Positions 1 to 6,727 of a stretch of DNA of 37,662 nucleotides are shown here, in pieces. The notes under the pieces were generated by a model, which was not told where the DNA came from, did no database searches, and saw nothing but the letters and a program-made list of their open reading frames with translations. This stretch comes from a virus: positions 1 to 37,662 of IMG/VR virus record IMGVR_UViG_3300009095_000035; one strand, written 5' to 3'. The position numbers were made by a program, and so were the translations under genes. Each line of letters opens with the position of its first letter. Position 1 is the first letter of the stretch.

Positions 1-123
1 CAGTCGGCGGCTTCGGATCAGCGTCCGGCTTTTCGTTTTCAGCAGCAGGGGGATTAAGGGGGTTCTTATTCTGTTCTGTATCTGTTCTGTTCTGTTCTGG
101 GGCGTTACTGGAACGTTTCTGTA
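1..123. repeat. Terminal direct repeat, left copy (circular closure overlap)
   Basis: CAGTCGGCGGCTTCGGATCAGCG...GGAACGTTTCTGTA is identical to 37540-37662. The O-like reading frame continues in phase across the join. Confidence 0.95.
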
Positions 124-466
124 ACGTTTCACCCTGTTGCGCTTGCTGCTTCTTCTTGTCTCGCCAGGCCTTAACCCTTGCTGTGCTTGAGTCCGACTCG
201 TATTGGCGGGTGCTCCAGTTACGCAAGGTCCAGTCGTCATTGATGAAACCTTTGGCCAAAAACACGACTTTTGTCTCTGCCAAAACTTCATCTGAAACAC
301 GCAAAGCGAACGCGATGGATGTTGCACGTTCCGTTACATGAAACGTTTCAATACCGTTACTGCATTCCAGGCAAAAAAGCATGACAAGGCGGCGCTGCAT
401 GGCCTCGCTCATCATCTGCACTTTGGGGTCGGTGGCGAACTCGCCATACATCCGGAACCAATCCAT
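1..466 (-). CDS. Replication initiator / replisome organiser (lambda O analogue), 5' part; continues across the circular junction into 37247-37539
   Basis: ATG at 466-464 overlaps the cII stop (ATGA). My translation is MDWFRMYGEFATDPKVQMMSEAMQRRLVMLFCL..., which resembles the phage replisome-organiser N-terminal domain. The joined ORF is 759 nt (252 aa) and in frame. It is missing from the ORF track because it has no stop inside this end of the window. Confidence 0.8.
   Translation of the reverse strand, partial: MDWFRMYGEFATDPKVQMMSEAMQRRLVMLFCLECSNGIETFHVTERATSIAFALRVSDEVLAETKVVFLAKGFINDDWTLRNWSTRQYESDSSTARVKAWRDKKKQQAQQGETLQKRSSNAPEQNRTDTEQNKNPLNPPAAENEKPDADPKPPT
63..130. promoter_or_regulatory. 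Candidate replication origin repeats inside the O-like gene
   Basis: The pentamer TCTGT occurs six times at 70-100, with a single-A interruption and the last unit reading TCTGG. AACGTTTC follows at 112-119 and 123-130. A third AACGTTTC sits inside the 10-bp palindrome GAAACGTTTC at 340-349. CGTTAC/GTAACG occurs four times (103-108, 121-126, 332-337, 355-360). An AT-richer stretch lies at about 240-300. The repeats fall in the linker between the N- and C-terminal parts of the O-like protein, as lambda ori does. Confidence 0.45.
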
Positions 467-774
467 CACTCACGCTCCAGCTGGTCAGTGTCCTGAATCA
501 GCTCCATGTAGCGCTTGGCCTGGTGCAACAGGGTCGCAATGTCCCGCTTGTCGAAGCACTGCATGGCCTTGGGCACGACCTTCAAGTCGAGCACCGCCAG
601 AATCTGGCAGAACTGCTCAAACTTCTCCGGCTTCATGCGGCTGATAGTTGCTTCATCGACGCCGACTGCAAGCGCCACGGGTGCATTGCCGACAGATGCA
701 AGCGCCTGCATGAGAACCACGTAGTTCCTGCGGGCCCTTGCAGTCTGCTCAGGGCTTAATGGGCTCGTTGGCAT
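466..774 (-). CDS. cII: CII-like transcriptional activator
   Basis: 102-aa ORF directly after cro. ...VALAVGVDEATISRMKPEKFEQFCQILAVL... parallels lambda CII ...TAEAVGVDKSQISRWKRDWIPKFSMLLAVL.... Its stop overlaps the start of the O-like gene. Confidence 0.65.
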   Translation of the reverse strand: MPTSPLSPEQTARARRNYVVLMQALASVGNAPVALAVGVDEATISRMKPEKFEQFCQILAVLDLKVVPKAMQCFDKRDIATLLHQAKRYMELIQDTDQLERE

Positions 775-775
775 G

Positions 776-964
776 CTAGGCCACCGACTGAGACCGGCTT
801 TCTTGGCCGGCCTTCAGTGCTCCATCAGTGAGCTTTTCCAGCTGGTACTGGCGCAACTCGGGGACTTCATCCCCCCACTGCCGCACTGCCTCATAAGTGA
901 TTTTGAGTGCCCGTGCGAGCTTGGGGATGGAGCCGTAATAATCAATCGCTGTTTGGCGTTTCAT
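776..964 (-). CDS. cro: Cro-like HTH repressor
   Basis: Start taken at the internal ATG at 964 (MKRQTAIDYYGSIPKLARALKITYEAVRQW...), which is preceded by GGAGGTG. It is divergent from the cI-like gene across the operator cluster. The track start at 1000 would lie inside an operator. Confidence 0.75.
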   Translation of the reverse strand: MKRQTAIDYYGSIPKLARALKITYEAVRQWGDEVPELRQYQLEKLTDGALKAGQESRSQSVA

Positions 965-993
965 AGGCACCTCCAATGCTCTTACGCCAAATT

Positions 994-1041
994 CAAGCAT
1001 GCTTGTATTTAATAAGCAAGCATGCTTGACAAGCCAACTTG
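994..1041. promoter_or_regulatory. Right operator region: three CAAG-N4-CTTG palindromes between cro and cI
   Basis: CAAGCATGCTTG at 994-1005 and 1017-1028, and CAAGCCAACTTG at 1030-1041. The same palindrome family recurs at 2147-2201. Confidence 0.75.
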
Positions 1042-1053
1042 TAGATTGGGCAA

Positions 1054-1770
1054 ATGAACATCACTGATCGAATGACGAAACTTGTACTGGCACGGAAGCC
1101 TGAAACCGGCGTGCGTGGCGTAAAGCGGCTGATATCCACTACCTGTGGTGTCAGTTACGAGGCTGTACGCCAGTGGTTCGCCGGGGACACCGGTAATATC
1201 AAGAATGACAACCTGCTGGCGCTGGCCCGTGGACTGGATACGACAGTCGATTGGCTGTTGGATGGTGCCGGCGAACCACCGAGGCGGCGTGCCATGGATA
1301 ACGTAGTGATAGGCGACTTCTCCCGACAGCAGCGGGACGACGAAATTGATATCCCGCAATATGACGTAGTTGGATCAATGGGGCCCGGCCAGGTTCTTCC
1401 AAAGGAATACATCGAGACCGTCCGCAACATCACCGTTCGCACCGAATACCTGCGGGAACAGGGCATTACCTACACCCACGGCGACAACCTGTCGGTGATC
1501 ACTGGGTTTGGCGAAAGCATGGGTGCCACCTTTTCCAGTGGTGACCCGCTGATCGTTGACCAGGGCATCAATGAAGTGGTGGTGGACGGGGTTTACGTCT
1601 TTACACTTGATGGAATGCTGTACATCAAGCGTCTGCAGCGCCTGCCCAAAATGCTGCGCATGATCTCGGATAATGAGACCTTTCCGCCCTACGACATCAA
1701 GGGTGCTGAGCTGGAAGGCATGATTATTCACGCCCGCGTGTTGCTGGCCTGGAACGCAAGGAAGCTTTGA
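1054..1770 (+). CDS. cI: CI-like repressor: N-terminal HTH plus C-terminal S24 (LexA-type) autopeptidase
   Basis: 238 aa. Candidate Ala-Gly cleavage site in LLDGAGEPP. Ser motif GFGESMGATFSSGDPLIVD and Lys motif MLYIKRL. Divergent from cro. Confidence 0.9.
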   Translation: MNITDRMTKLVLARKPETGVRGVKRLISTTCGVSYEAVRQWFAGDTGNIKNDNLLALARGLDTTVDWLLDGAGEPPRRRAMDNVVIGDFSRQQRDDEIDIPQYDVVGSMGPGQVLPKEYIETVRNITVRTEYLREQGITYTHGDNLSVITGFGESMGATFSSGDPLIVDQGINEVVVDGVYVFTLDGMLYIKRLQRLPKMLRMISDNETFPPYDIKGAELEGMIIHARVLLAWNARKL

Positions 1771-1771
1771 G

Positions 1772-2086
1772 ATGGGGGCTCAAGACGAAAGTCCAGAGGA
1801 TTACGCTGCGCGGGCCAGGGATGCGGATGAAATCACGGAGGCCAGGAAAGGCAAAAAGCCGGACTACAACGATGGCAACCAGGCCATTTTTGTTGGGCTT
1901 GTCGCCGGGACATCTTCACTGATTGCTCTCGCAATTGCCGGCGATATCGGTGAGCGCGCCGACTGGGCCGTAATCATCGTTTCGCTGGGCGCCGCCGCAG
2001 TGAACTACGTCTACCGCCAGTGGCACGCGAAAAAATGGCATGAGGCATGGCGCAAGCGAATGCAGGAAACACAGCCAAAAGCCTAA
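1772..2086 (+). CDS. Small membrane protein co-transcribed with the repressor (rex/sie position)
   Basis: Its ATG lies 1 nt after the cI stop. 104 aa with two hydrophobic helices (IFVGLVAGTSSLIALAIAG, WAVIIVSLGAAAVNYVY). A terminator follows. Confidence 0.7.
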   Translation: MGAQDESPEDYAARARDADEITEARKGKKPDYNDGNQAIFVGLVAGTSSLIALAIAGDIGERADWAVIIVSLGAAAVNYVYRQWHAKKWHEAWRKRMQETQPKA

Positions 2087-2104
2087 AACCACCAGAAAAC
2101 AACG

Positions 2105-2128
2105 CCCACCACCGAGTGGGTTTTTTTT
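2105..2128 (+). terminator. Intrinsic terminator ending the cI operon
   Basis: CCCAC-CACCGA-GTGGG followed by T8, 19 nt after the stop of the 1772-2086 gene. Confidence 0.6.
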
Positions 2129-2146
2129 CGTCCCAAGGAAAATACA

Positions 2147-2201
2147 CAAGTGAACTTGCATATTAGATACAAGCATGCTTTTATAAGTGCAAGTCGGCTT
2201 G
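2147..2201. promoter_or_regulatory. Left operator region (three CAAG-N4-CTTG-type sites), presumed pL
   Basis: CAAGTGAACTTG at 2147-2158, CAAGCATGCTTT at 2170-2181 (11 of 12 positions) and CAAGTCGGCTTG at 2190-2201. They lie upstream of the long plus-strand early operon. Confidence 0.7.
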
Positions 2202-2215
2202 CATGTGCGACCAAC

Positions 2216-2228
2216 CGCTCTTTAACAA
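2216..2228 (+). promoter_or_regulatory. boxA-like antitermination signal (nutL-like position)
   Basis: CGCTCTTTAACAA matches 12 of 13 positions of the rrn boxA consensus TGCTCTTTAACAA. It contains the CGCTCTT of lambda boxA and lies just downstream of the left operators. Confidence 0.55.
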
Positions 2229-2396
2229 CCAGCCGCAACAAAGCGTCGACCGGGAAAGGCTTTGACGCATCGGGCGTGGGCGACTCCCACCCTGATGCGC
2301 CGTATAGACCTCGGTACGTCGGCGCGCAAGACAACGGAAATTTTCACTGATGCACCTGGCGACGGGTGCATTGGGAAAACAACCGGAGCAAAACCA

Positions 2397-2639
2397 ATGG
2401 TTACCCAAGAGACAGCAGAGCAAATGTGCAAAAAGCTGGTCGAGGCCTATATCAACGCCTGCAAGCCGCGCGATCTGGACGACGTACACAACGTCACGGT
2501 CAAGCTCATCAGCATGGCGGGCATGGCGCTTTCGGCCACCCACGGCAGCCAGGTCGCAGTAACAGCCATCAAGGCCGTGGCGACTTACGTTGGCGAGAAC
2601 GCCAACCGATCCCGCGCAGAAATCATCCGCAGACACTGA
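2397..2639 (+). CDS. Hypothetical early protein (80 aa)
   Basis: Internal ATG of the track ORF 2262-2639 with GGAG 8 nt upstream. First ORF of the leftward operon. The C-terminus is Arg-rich (NRSRAEIIRRH). Confidence 0.55.
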   Translation: MVTQETAEQMCKKLVEAYINACKPRDLDDVHNVTVKLISMAGMALSATHGSQVAVTAIKAVATYVGENANRSRAEIIRRH

Positions 2640-2704
2640 CCGCATCACCTCTGCCCATTCCACCGAGTGGGCAGACGGATGTAATCACCGCCCTGGAGGC
2701 GACC

Positions 2705-2992
2705 ATGGAACACGAAATAGTTGTTGAGGGGTTTGTCCTCCAGGTGGAGGTGACCCATTGCGTAAATGAGCCGCCCTGTCCCGGCAGCTGGAACAGCGAC
2801 TGGGACGCCCAGGGCTGCCGCGAGCTGGAATTCAAGCTGGTGTCGGGCATCTGCTACGACGAAGACGGCGTTCGCATGGACGTGCCGGACTACCAACTGC
2901 CGGTGCTGGCTCACCAGTACGGGCCGCAGATCACGCTGGCGCTGTGGGTTGAGATAGACGCCCTCAAGCGTCGGGAACGGTGGGCAGCATGA
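2705..2992 (+). CDS. Hypothetical early protein (95 aa)
   Basis: The ATG at 2705 is preceded by GGAGG. Translation begins MEHEIVVEGFVLQVEVTH.... Its stop overlaps the next start (ATGA). Confidence 0.6.
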   Translation: MEHEIVVEGFVLQVEVTHCVNEPPCPGSWNSDWDAQGCRELEFKLVSGICYDEDGVRMDVPDYQLPVLAHQYGPQITLALWVEIDALKRRERWAA

Positions 2993-3201
2993 GCAGCCAG
3001 CACGATTTAGCCGTTGGCATGCTTGAAGGGTATATCGCCCGGGTGATCGACCCCGAATGCAGTCCTGTCGCGGTCAAGGCCTCGGCCAACACCGCAATCT
3101 TAATCTTCCGAACCCTGGGCGTGATCGATGCGGCCGAGGATGTCCACTACACCGAACGCCTGCACCGTATCTACGAGCGCAGGCAAGGACGGGATGCATG
3201 A
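2989..3201 (+). CDS. Hypothetical early protein (70 aa)
   Basis: ATGA overlap with the upstream gene and ATGA overlap with the next. Confidence 0.55.
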   Translation: MSSQHDLAVGMLEGYIARVIDPECSPVAVKASANTAILIFRTLGVIDAAEDVHYTERLHRIYERRQGRDA

Positions 3202-3332
3202 CGATCATCTGCCGAACCGCCAAACAACTGACCAAGGCCCTGGAAAATCAGGGCTTTTTTATGGTCTCCGATCTACCCCGCCGGATCCGCATCGAAGTGC
3301 GGCGCGGCATGCTGATTGCGAGGGTGTCATGA
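3198..3332 (+). CDS. Hypothetical small protein (44 aa)
   Basis: ATGA-coupled at both ends. Translation MTIICRTAKQLTKALENQGFFMV.... Confidence 0.4.
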   Translation: MTIICRTAKQLTKALENQGFFMVSDLPRRIRIEVRRGMLIARVS

Positions 3333-3532
3333 CAATGATTTGCAGCAAGTGCAACAGGTTTGGCATCCACTGGGTAGGCCCCTACGGAAACCTGACCGGC
3401 ACCCGGTGCCCCCATTGCGGCGGCGAAAACTGCCAAGAAGATGTGCAACCCGTAGATCAATGCTCCGAATGCGGCAGCGAGGTCTGCAATGGCGAGTGCT
3501 TCGGTGACGACATGATGGGGGCGTCGGGATGA
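3329..3532 (+). CDS. Small Cys-rich (zinc-ribbon-like) protein (67 aa)
   Basis: CSKC...CPHCGG...CSECGSEVCNGEC. ATGA-coupled at both ends. Confidence 0.55.
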   Translation: MTMICSKCNRFGIHWVGPYGNLTGTRCPHCGGENCQEDVQPVDQCSECGSEVCNGECFGDDMMGASG

Positions 3533-3648
3533 CCACCCGCCAACGTGACCGGCGGCGCGCCATCCGCTGGACCTCGGCCATCGTTGGCCGGACCTTCCTC
3601 ACCATCGTTCTACTGGGCCCCGCAATCGGCGGCCTGATCACTCAATAG
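3529..3648 (+). CDS. Possible 39-aa membrane peptide
   Basis: ATGA-coupled to the upstream gene. MTTRQRDRRRAIRWTSAIVGRTFLTIVLLGPAIGGLITQ has a basic N-terminus and one hydrophobic helix. It is below the ORF-track size cutoff. Confidence 0.35.
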   Translation: MTTRQRDRRRAIRWTSAIVGRTFLTIVLLGPAIGGLITQ

Positions 3649-3656
3649 GTAGTGTT

Positions 3657-4028
3657 ATGTCCAGACACGCCAAGGACTTCGAAGCCCGCAAGGCTTCCGC
3701 AATGGAGACTGCGCGCTGGCTTCTGCCGGAGCTACACCGGGCAATCGATCAAGGGCTGGAAAAAGTCGAGCTTTCGGTACGCGACGTAAAAGAGGTCCTT
3801 GCCTACCTGGAAGCCAGCGCCCAGCGCGAAAAGGTCGAGTTCGCAGGCAAGCATTTGGGTTTCGCTGACCCAGAAATGATGCGCGACCTGATGACCCGCA
3901 ACCGCGCTTCGGCGCCGGTCCTGTTCAAGAAAACCCCGAAATACTGCCTTGAAGTGTTCTACGTCGAACTGCCGCCGAACACCAACCAGATCGAGAAGCG
4001 CCGAGAACAGCCGGCCGCTAACGCCTAA
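3657..4028 (+). CDS. Hypothetical early protein (123 aa)
   Basis: Track ORF that fits the gap exactly. No motif recognised. Confidence 0.6.
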   Translation: MSRHAKDFEARKASAMETARWLLPELHRAIDQGLEKVELSVRDVKEVLAYLEASAQREKVEFAGKHLGFADPEMMRDLMTRNRASAPVLFKKTPKYCLEVFYVELPPNTNQIEKRREQPAANA

Positions 4029-4080
4029 CCCACTCCCGTTCACCCCTCAATGCTGCGCACGTCGCGGCAAGGAAACTCTT

Positions 4081-4836
4081 GTGTCTGAATTAATCGTAAA
4101 ACCCAACCTCGGCTTGATGCCGGCCACGCTGACAGAGGCCATGGAGTTCGCCGGCTTCCTGTCCAAGTCCACCATCGTGCCGAAGGACTTCGCCAACAAC
4201 CCCGGCAACATCCTGGTGGCCATCCAGTGGGGCATGGAGCTGGGCCTGCAACCCATGCAGGCGATGCAGAACATCGCGGTCATCAACGGGCGCCCGTCAT
4301 TGTGGGGCGATGCAGTGATTGCCCTGGTGCGCGCTTCGCCACTCTGCGAGTACGTGAAGGAAACCGACGATGGCGAGACTGCGACCTGCCGGGTCAAGCG
4401 CCGCGGTGAGGACGAACACATTGCCACGTTCAGCATGGCTGACGCCAAGACGGCAGGCCTCGTCGGCAAGCAAGGCCCATGGTCGCAGTACCCGAAGCGC
4501 ATGCGCCAGATGCGGGCGCGGGGCTTTGCGCTGCGTGACATGTTCGCAGACGTGTTGCGCGGGATGCCGGTGGCCGAGGAACTGCAGGACATGCCTACAG
4601 AGCCGATTCGTGGGACTGCCCAGGCGGTTACACAGAAGATCGAAGCGCCCGACGCGCTTCCGGCCTATCCGGACGAAAAGCTTGCCGAGAACCTGCCGGA
4701 TTGGCGCAAAGCCGTCCAAGACGGTCGGTCGGTGCCTGACCGGTTGATCGCCATGGTCAGCAGCAAATTCACCCTCAATGCCGAGCAGATCGAAAAGATC
4801 AAGGCCCTGGCTGACATCGAAGGAGAGCAACAATGA
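4081..4836 (+). CDS. recT: RecT-family single-strand annealing protein
   Basis: GTG at 4081 preceded by AAGGAAA. ...ILVAIQWGMELGLQPMQAMQNIAVINGRPSLWGDAVIALV... and ...GPWSQYPKRMRQMRARGFALRDMF... parallel E. coli RecT blocks. ATGA-coupled to the exonuclease gene. Confidence 0.7.
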   Translation: MSELIVKPNLGLMPATLTEAMEFAGFLSKSTIVPKDFANNPGNILVAIQWGMELGLQPMQAMQNIAVINGRPSLWGDAVIALVRASPLCEYVKETDDGETATCRVKRRGEDEHIATFSMADAKTAGLVGKQGPWSQYPKRMRQMRARGFALRDMFADVLRGMPVAEELQDMPTEPIRGTAQAVTQKIEAPDALPAYPDEKLAENLPDWRKAVQDGRSVPDRLIAMVSSKFTLNAEQIEKIKALADIEGEQQ

Positions 4837-6518
4837 TCATCCATAACGTTGCCCAGGGTTCGCCAGAGTGGCACGCACTGCGTGCCCAGCACTTCACCGC
4901 TTCCGAAGCGCCGGCCATGATGGGCGCTTCGAAGTATCAGTCGCGCACTGACCTGCTCACACTCAAGAAAACCGGCATCGTTCCTGAGGTGACGCCACAA
5001 CAGCAGCGCAACTTCGACCGAGGCCACACCACCGAAGCGTTGGCCCGCCCGCTGGTTGAAGCCATGATCGGCGAAGAGCTTTATCCGGTCGTGGGCACCG
5101 AAGGCAACCTGCTGGCCTCCATGGACGGCCAGACGATGCTGGGCGAAACGCTGTTTGAGCATAAGTTGTGGAATGACAGCGTGGTTGCGCAGATCAAAGC
5201 CGGCCAGCTTGAACCCCACTACTACTGGCAGCTTGAGCAGCAACTGCTGGTGAGCGGCGCCGAACGCGTAATTTTCGTATGCTCAGATGGCACCGCCGAG
5301 AACTTCGCGCACATGGAGTACCGGCCTGTTGCGGGCCGCGCCCAGCAGATGATTGAAGGCTGGGCGCAGTTCGAAGCCGACCTTGGCAACTATGAGGTGA
5401 CGACCGAGGCCCCCTCAATTGTGGTCGGCAAGGCGCCTGACGAGCTGCCAGCGCTACGCATCGAAATGACGGGCATGGTCACCGCCAGCAACCTGCTGGT
5501 GTTTGAGCAGTCCGCCCTGGCCGTGATCGATGCTGTAAAGACCACCCTCACAACTGACCAAGACTTCGCCGACGCCAAGAAGGCAGTCAAGTGGTGCAGC
5601 GACGTTGAAACGGCGGTGAAGGAAGCGAAGAAACAGGCGCTTGCACAAACGGCGACCATTGCCGATCTGTTCTCGTCGCTCGATCGCGTCAGCGCCCATG
5701 CCCGCGAAACGCGCCTCAAGGTCGATAAATTGGTTCAGGCCCAAGAGCTGCTGGTGAAAAGCGGCATCAAGCAAAAGGGCGAGCAGGCCCTGGCCGAACA
5801 CATTGCCGGGATCAACAAGACGCTGGGCAAGGTCGTGCTCCCGCACATTGCCTCGGACTTCGCCGGCGCGATGAAGAACAAACGCACCATTGCCAGCTTG
5901 CAGGATGCCGTCGACACCGAGCTGGCCCGGGCGAAGATCGATGCAAGCCAGGCAGCCGACGACATTCGCCTCAACCTGAGCAGCCTTGCAGAACTGGCTG
6001 TTGACCACGTGTTCCTGTTCAACGACGTGCAACAGCTGGTGACAAAGGCCAACGACGACTTGGTTGTGTTGATCAAGCACCGCATTGCCGAGCACCAGAC
6101 GGCCGAAGAAGCCAAGGCAGAAGCCCTGCGCGTCCAAATCCGCAACGAAGAATTAAAGCGGATCGCCGACGATCAGGAAGCCGAACGCCTGGCAGCACTC
6201 AAGCCCGAGCCTGTTGCTGAGCCAGTTGTTGAGCAGCCTGTGAAGGCCGCGGAACAGGCGGCGCCGGTCACCGCCACGCCGATCAAGACGGCTGCAGCAG
6301 TTCAACAGCCCGTCGACGATGGCCGGCACTTCAAGCTGGGAGACCTGAGCGACCGCCTTGGCTTCGTTGTGTCTGCCAGCTTCATGAGTTCGCTGGGCTT
6401 CGAAGCGGCCGCCCGCGAGCGTGGTGCCACGCTGTACCGCGAAAGCGACTTCTCGCGCATCTGTACCGCCCTGGTCAACCACATCCAGGCAGTACAGGCC
6501 CAATTGGCCGCAGCCTGA
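4833..6518 (+). CDS. YqaJ-type (lambda Exo-like, PD-(D/E)XK) exonuclease with a roughly 370-aa coiled-coil-rich C-terminal extension
   Basis: The N-terminus GSPEWHALRAQHFTASEAPAMMG...YYWQLEQQLLVSGAERVIFV is typical of the YqaJ viral recombinase domain, which spans about 190 aa. The remaining residues are alanine-, glutamate- and lysine-rich helical sequence. Confidence 0.8.
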   Translation: MIIHNVAQGSPEWHALRAQHFTASEAPAMMGASKYQSRTDLLTLKKTGIVPEVTPQQQRNFDRGHTTEALARPLVEAMIGEELYPVVGTEGNLLASMDGQTMLGETLFEHKLWNDSVVAQIKAGQLEPHYYWQLEQQLLVSGAERVIFVCSDGTAENFAHMEYRPVAGRAQQMIEGWAQFEADLGNYEVTTEAPSIVVGKAPDELPALRIEMTGMVTASNLLVFEQSALAVIDAVKTTLTTDQDFADAKKAVKWCSDVETAVKEAKKQALAQTATIADLFSSLDRVSAHARETRLKVDKLVQAQELLVKSGIKQKGEQALAEHIAGINKTLGKVVLPHIASDFAGAMKNKRTIASLQDAVDTELARAKIDASQAADDIRLNLSSLAELAVDHVFLFNDVQQLVTKANDDLVVLIKHRIAEHQTAEEAKAEALRVQIRNEELKRIADDQEAERLAALKPEPVAEPVVEQPVKAAEQAAPVTATPIKTAAAVQQPVDDGRHFKLGDLSDRLGFVVSASFMSSLGFEAAARERGATLYRESDFSRICTALVNHIQAVQAQLAAA

Positions 6519-6718
6519 TGGCCGCCCAATCCATCCTCGACATCTACGACAGTGTCGAGGAGTTCGCCGGGATCCTGGCCTCCGCTGAGCTGCACGCCGG
6601 CGGGGAATGGGAACTGGAATTCGTCGAGAACATCCGCGCCAGCTTCAAGCGTTACGGCGCCCATACCAACCTGAGCCCAGCTCAACAATCGAAGCTTGAG
6701 CGCATCGCCAAGCACTGA
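6518..6718 (+). CDS. Hypothetical protein (66 aa)
   Basis: Its start overlaps the exo stop (TGATG). Track ORF. Confidence 0.55.
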   Translation: MAAQSILDIYDSVEEFAGILASAELHAGGEWELEFVENIRASFKRYGAHTNLSPAQQSKLERIAKH

Positions 6719-6727
6719 GGAATGCCC

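Noticed and set aside
70-100. Tandem TCTGT repeats as a possible CRISPR or satellite array.
   Set aside because: The units are only 5 nt long with no spacers, and they sit inside a coding region. They are better explained as origin or linker repeats.
1-123. The 123-bp terminal repeat as a physical T7-style direct terminal repeat of the virion DNA.
   Set aside because: It lies inside the coding sequence of the O-like gene, whose frame continues across the join, and next to tandem pentamer repeats. An assembly overlap of a circular or circularly permuted molecule is the simpler reading. The true packaging ends cannot be determined from this sequence.
156-724. Plus-strand track ORFs 156-341, 381-644, 515-724 and 523-759.
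   Set aside because: They are antisense to the O-like and cII genes, which have clear homology-type motifs and translational coupling.
977-984. TGCTCTTA boxA-like octamer between the cro start and the operators.
   Set aside because: It is only 8 nt long. It lies on the plus strand upstream of the cI transcription start, so it would not be transcribed from the obvious promoters.
2109-2671. Shared 12-mer CCACCGAGTGGG in two hairpins (2109-2120 in the cI-operon terminator, and 2660-2671 in the hairpin CTGCCCA...TGGGCAG at 2651-2674).
   Set aside because: A single 12-nt repeat is within chance expectation for a 37-kb sequence, and the second hairpin lacks a T tract. It may be a weak attenuator, but the evidence is insufficient.
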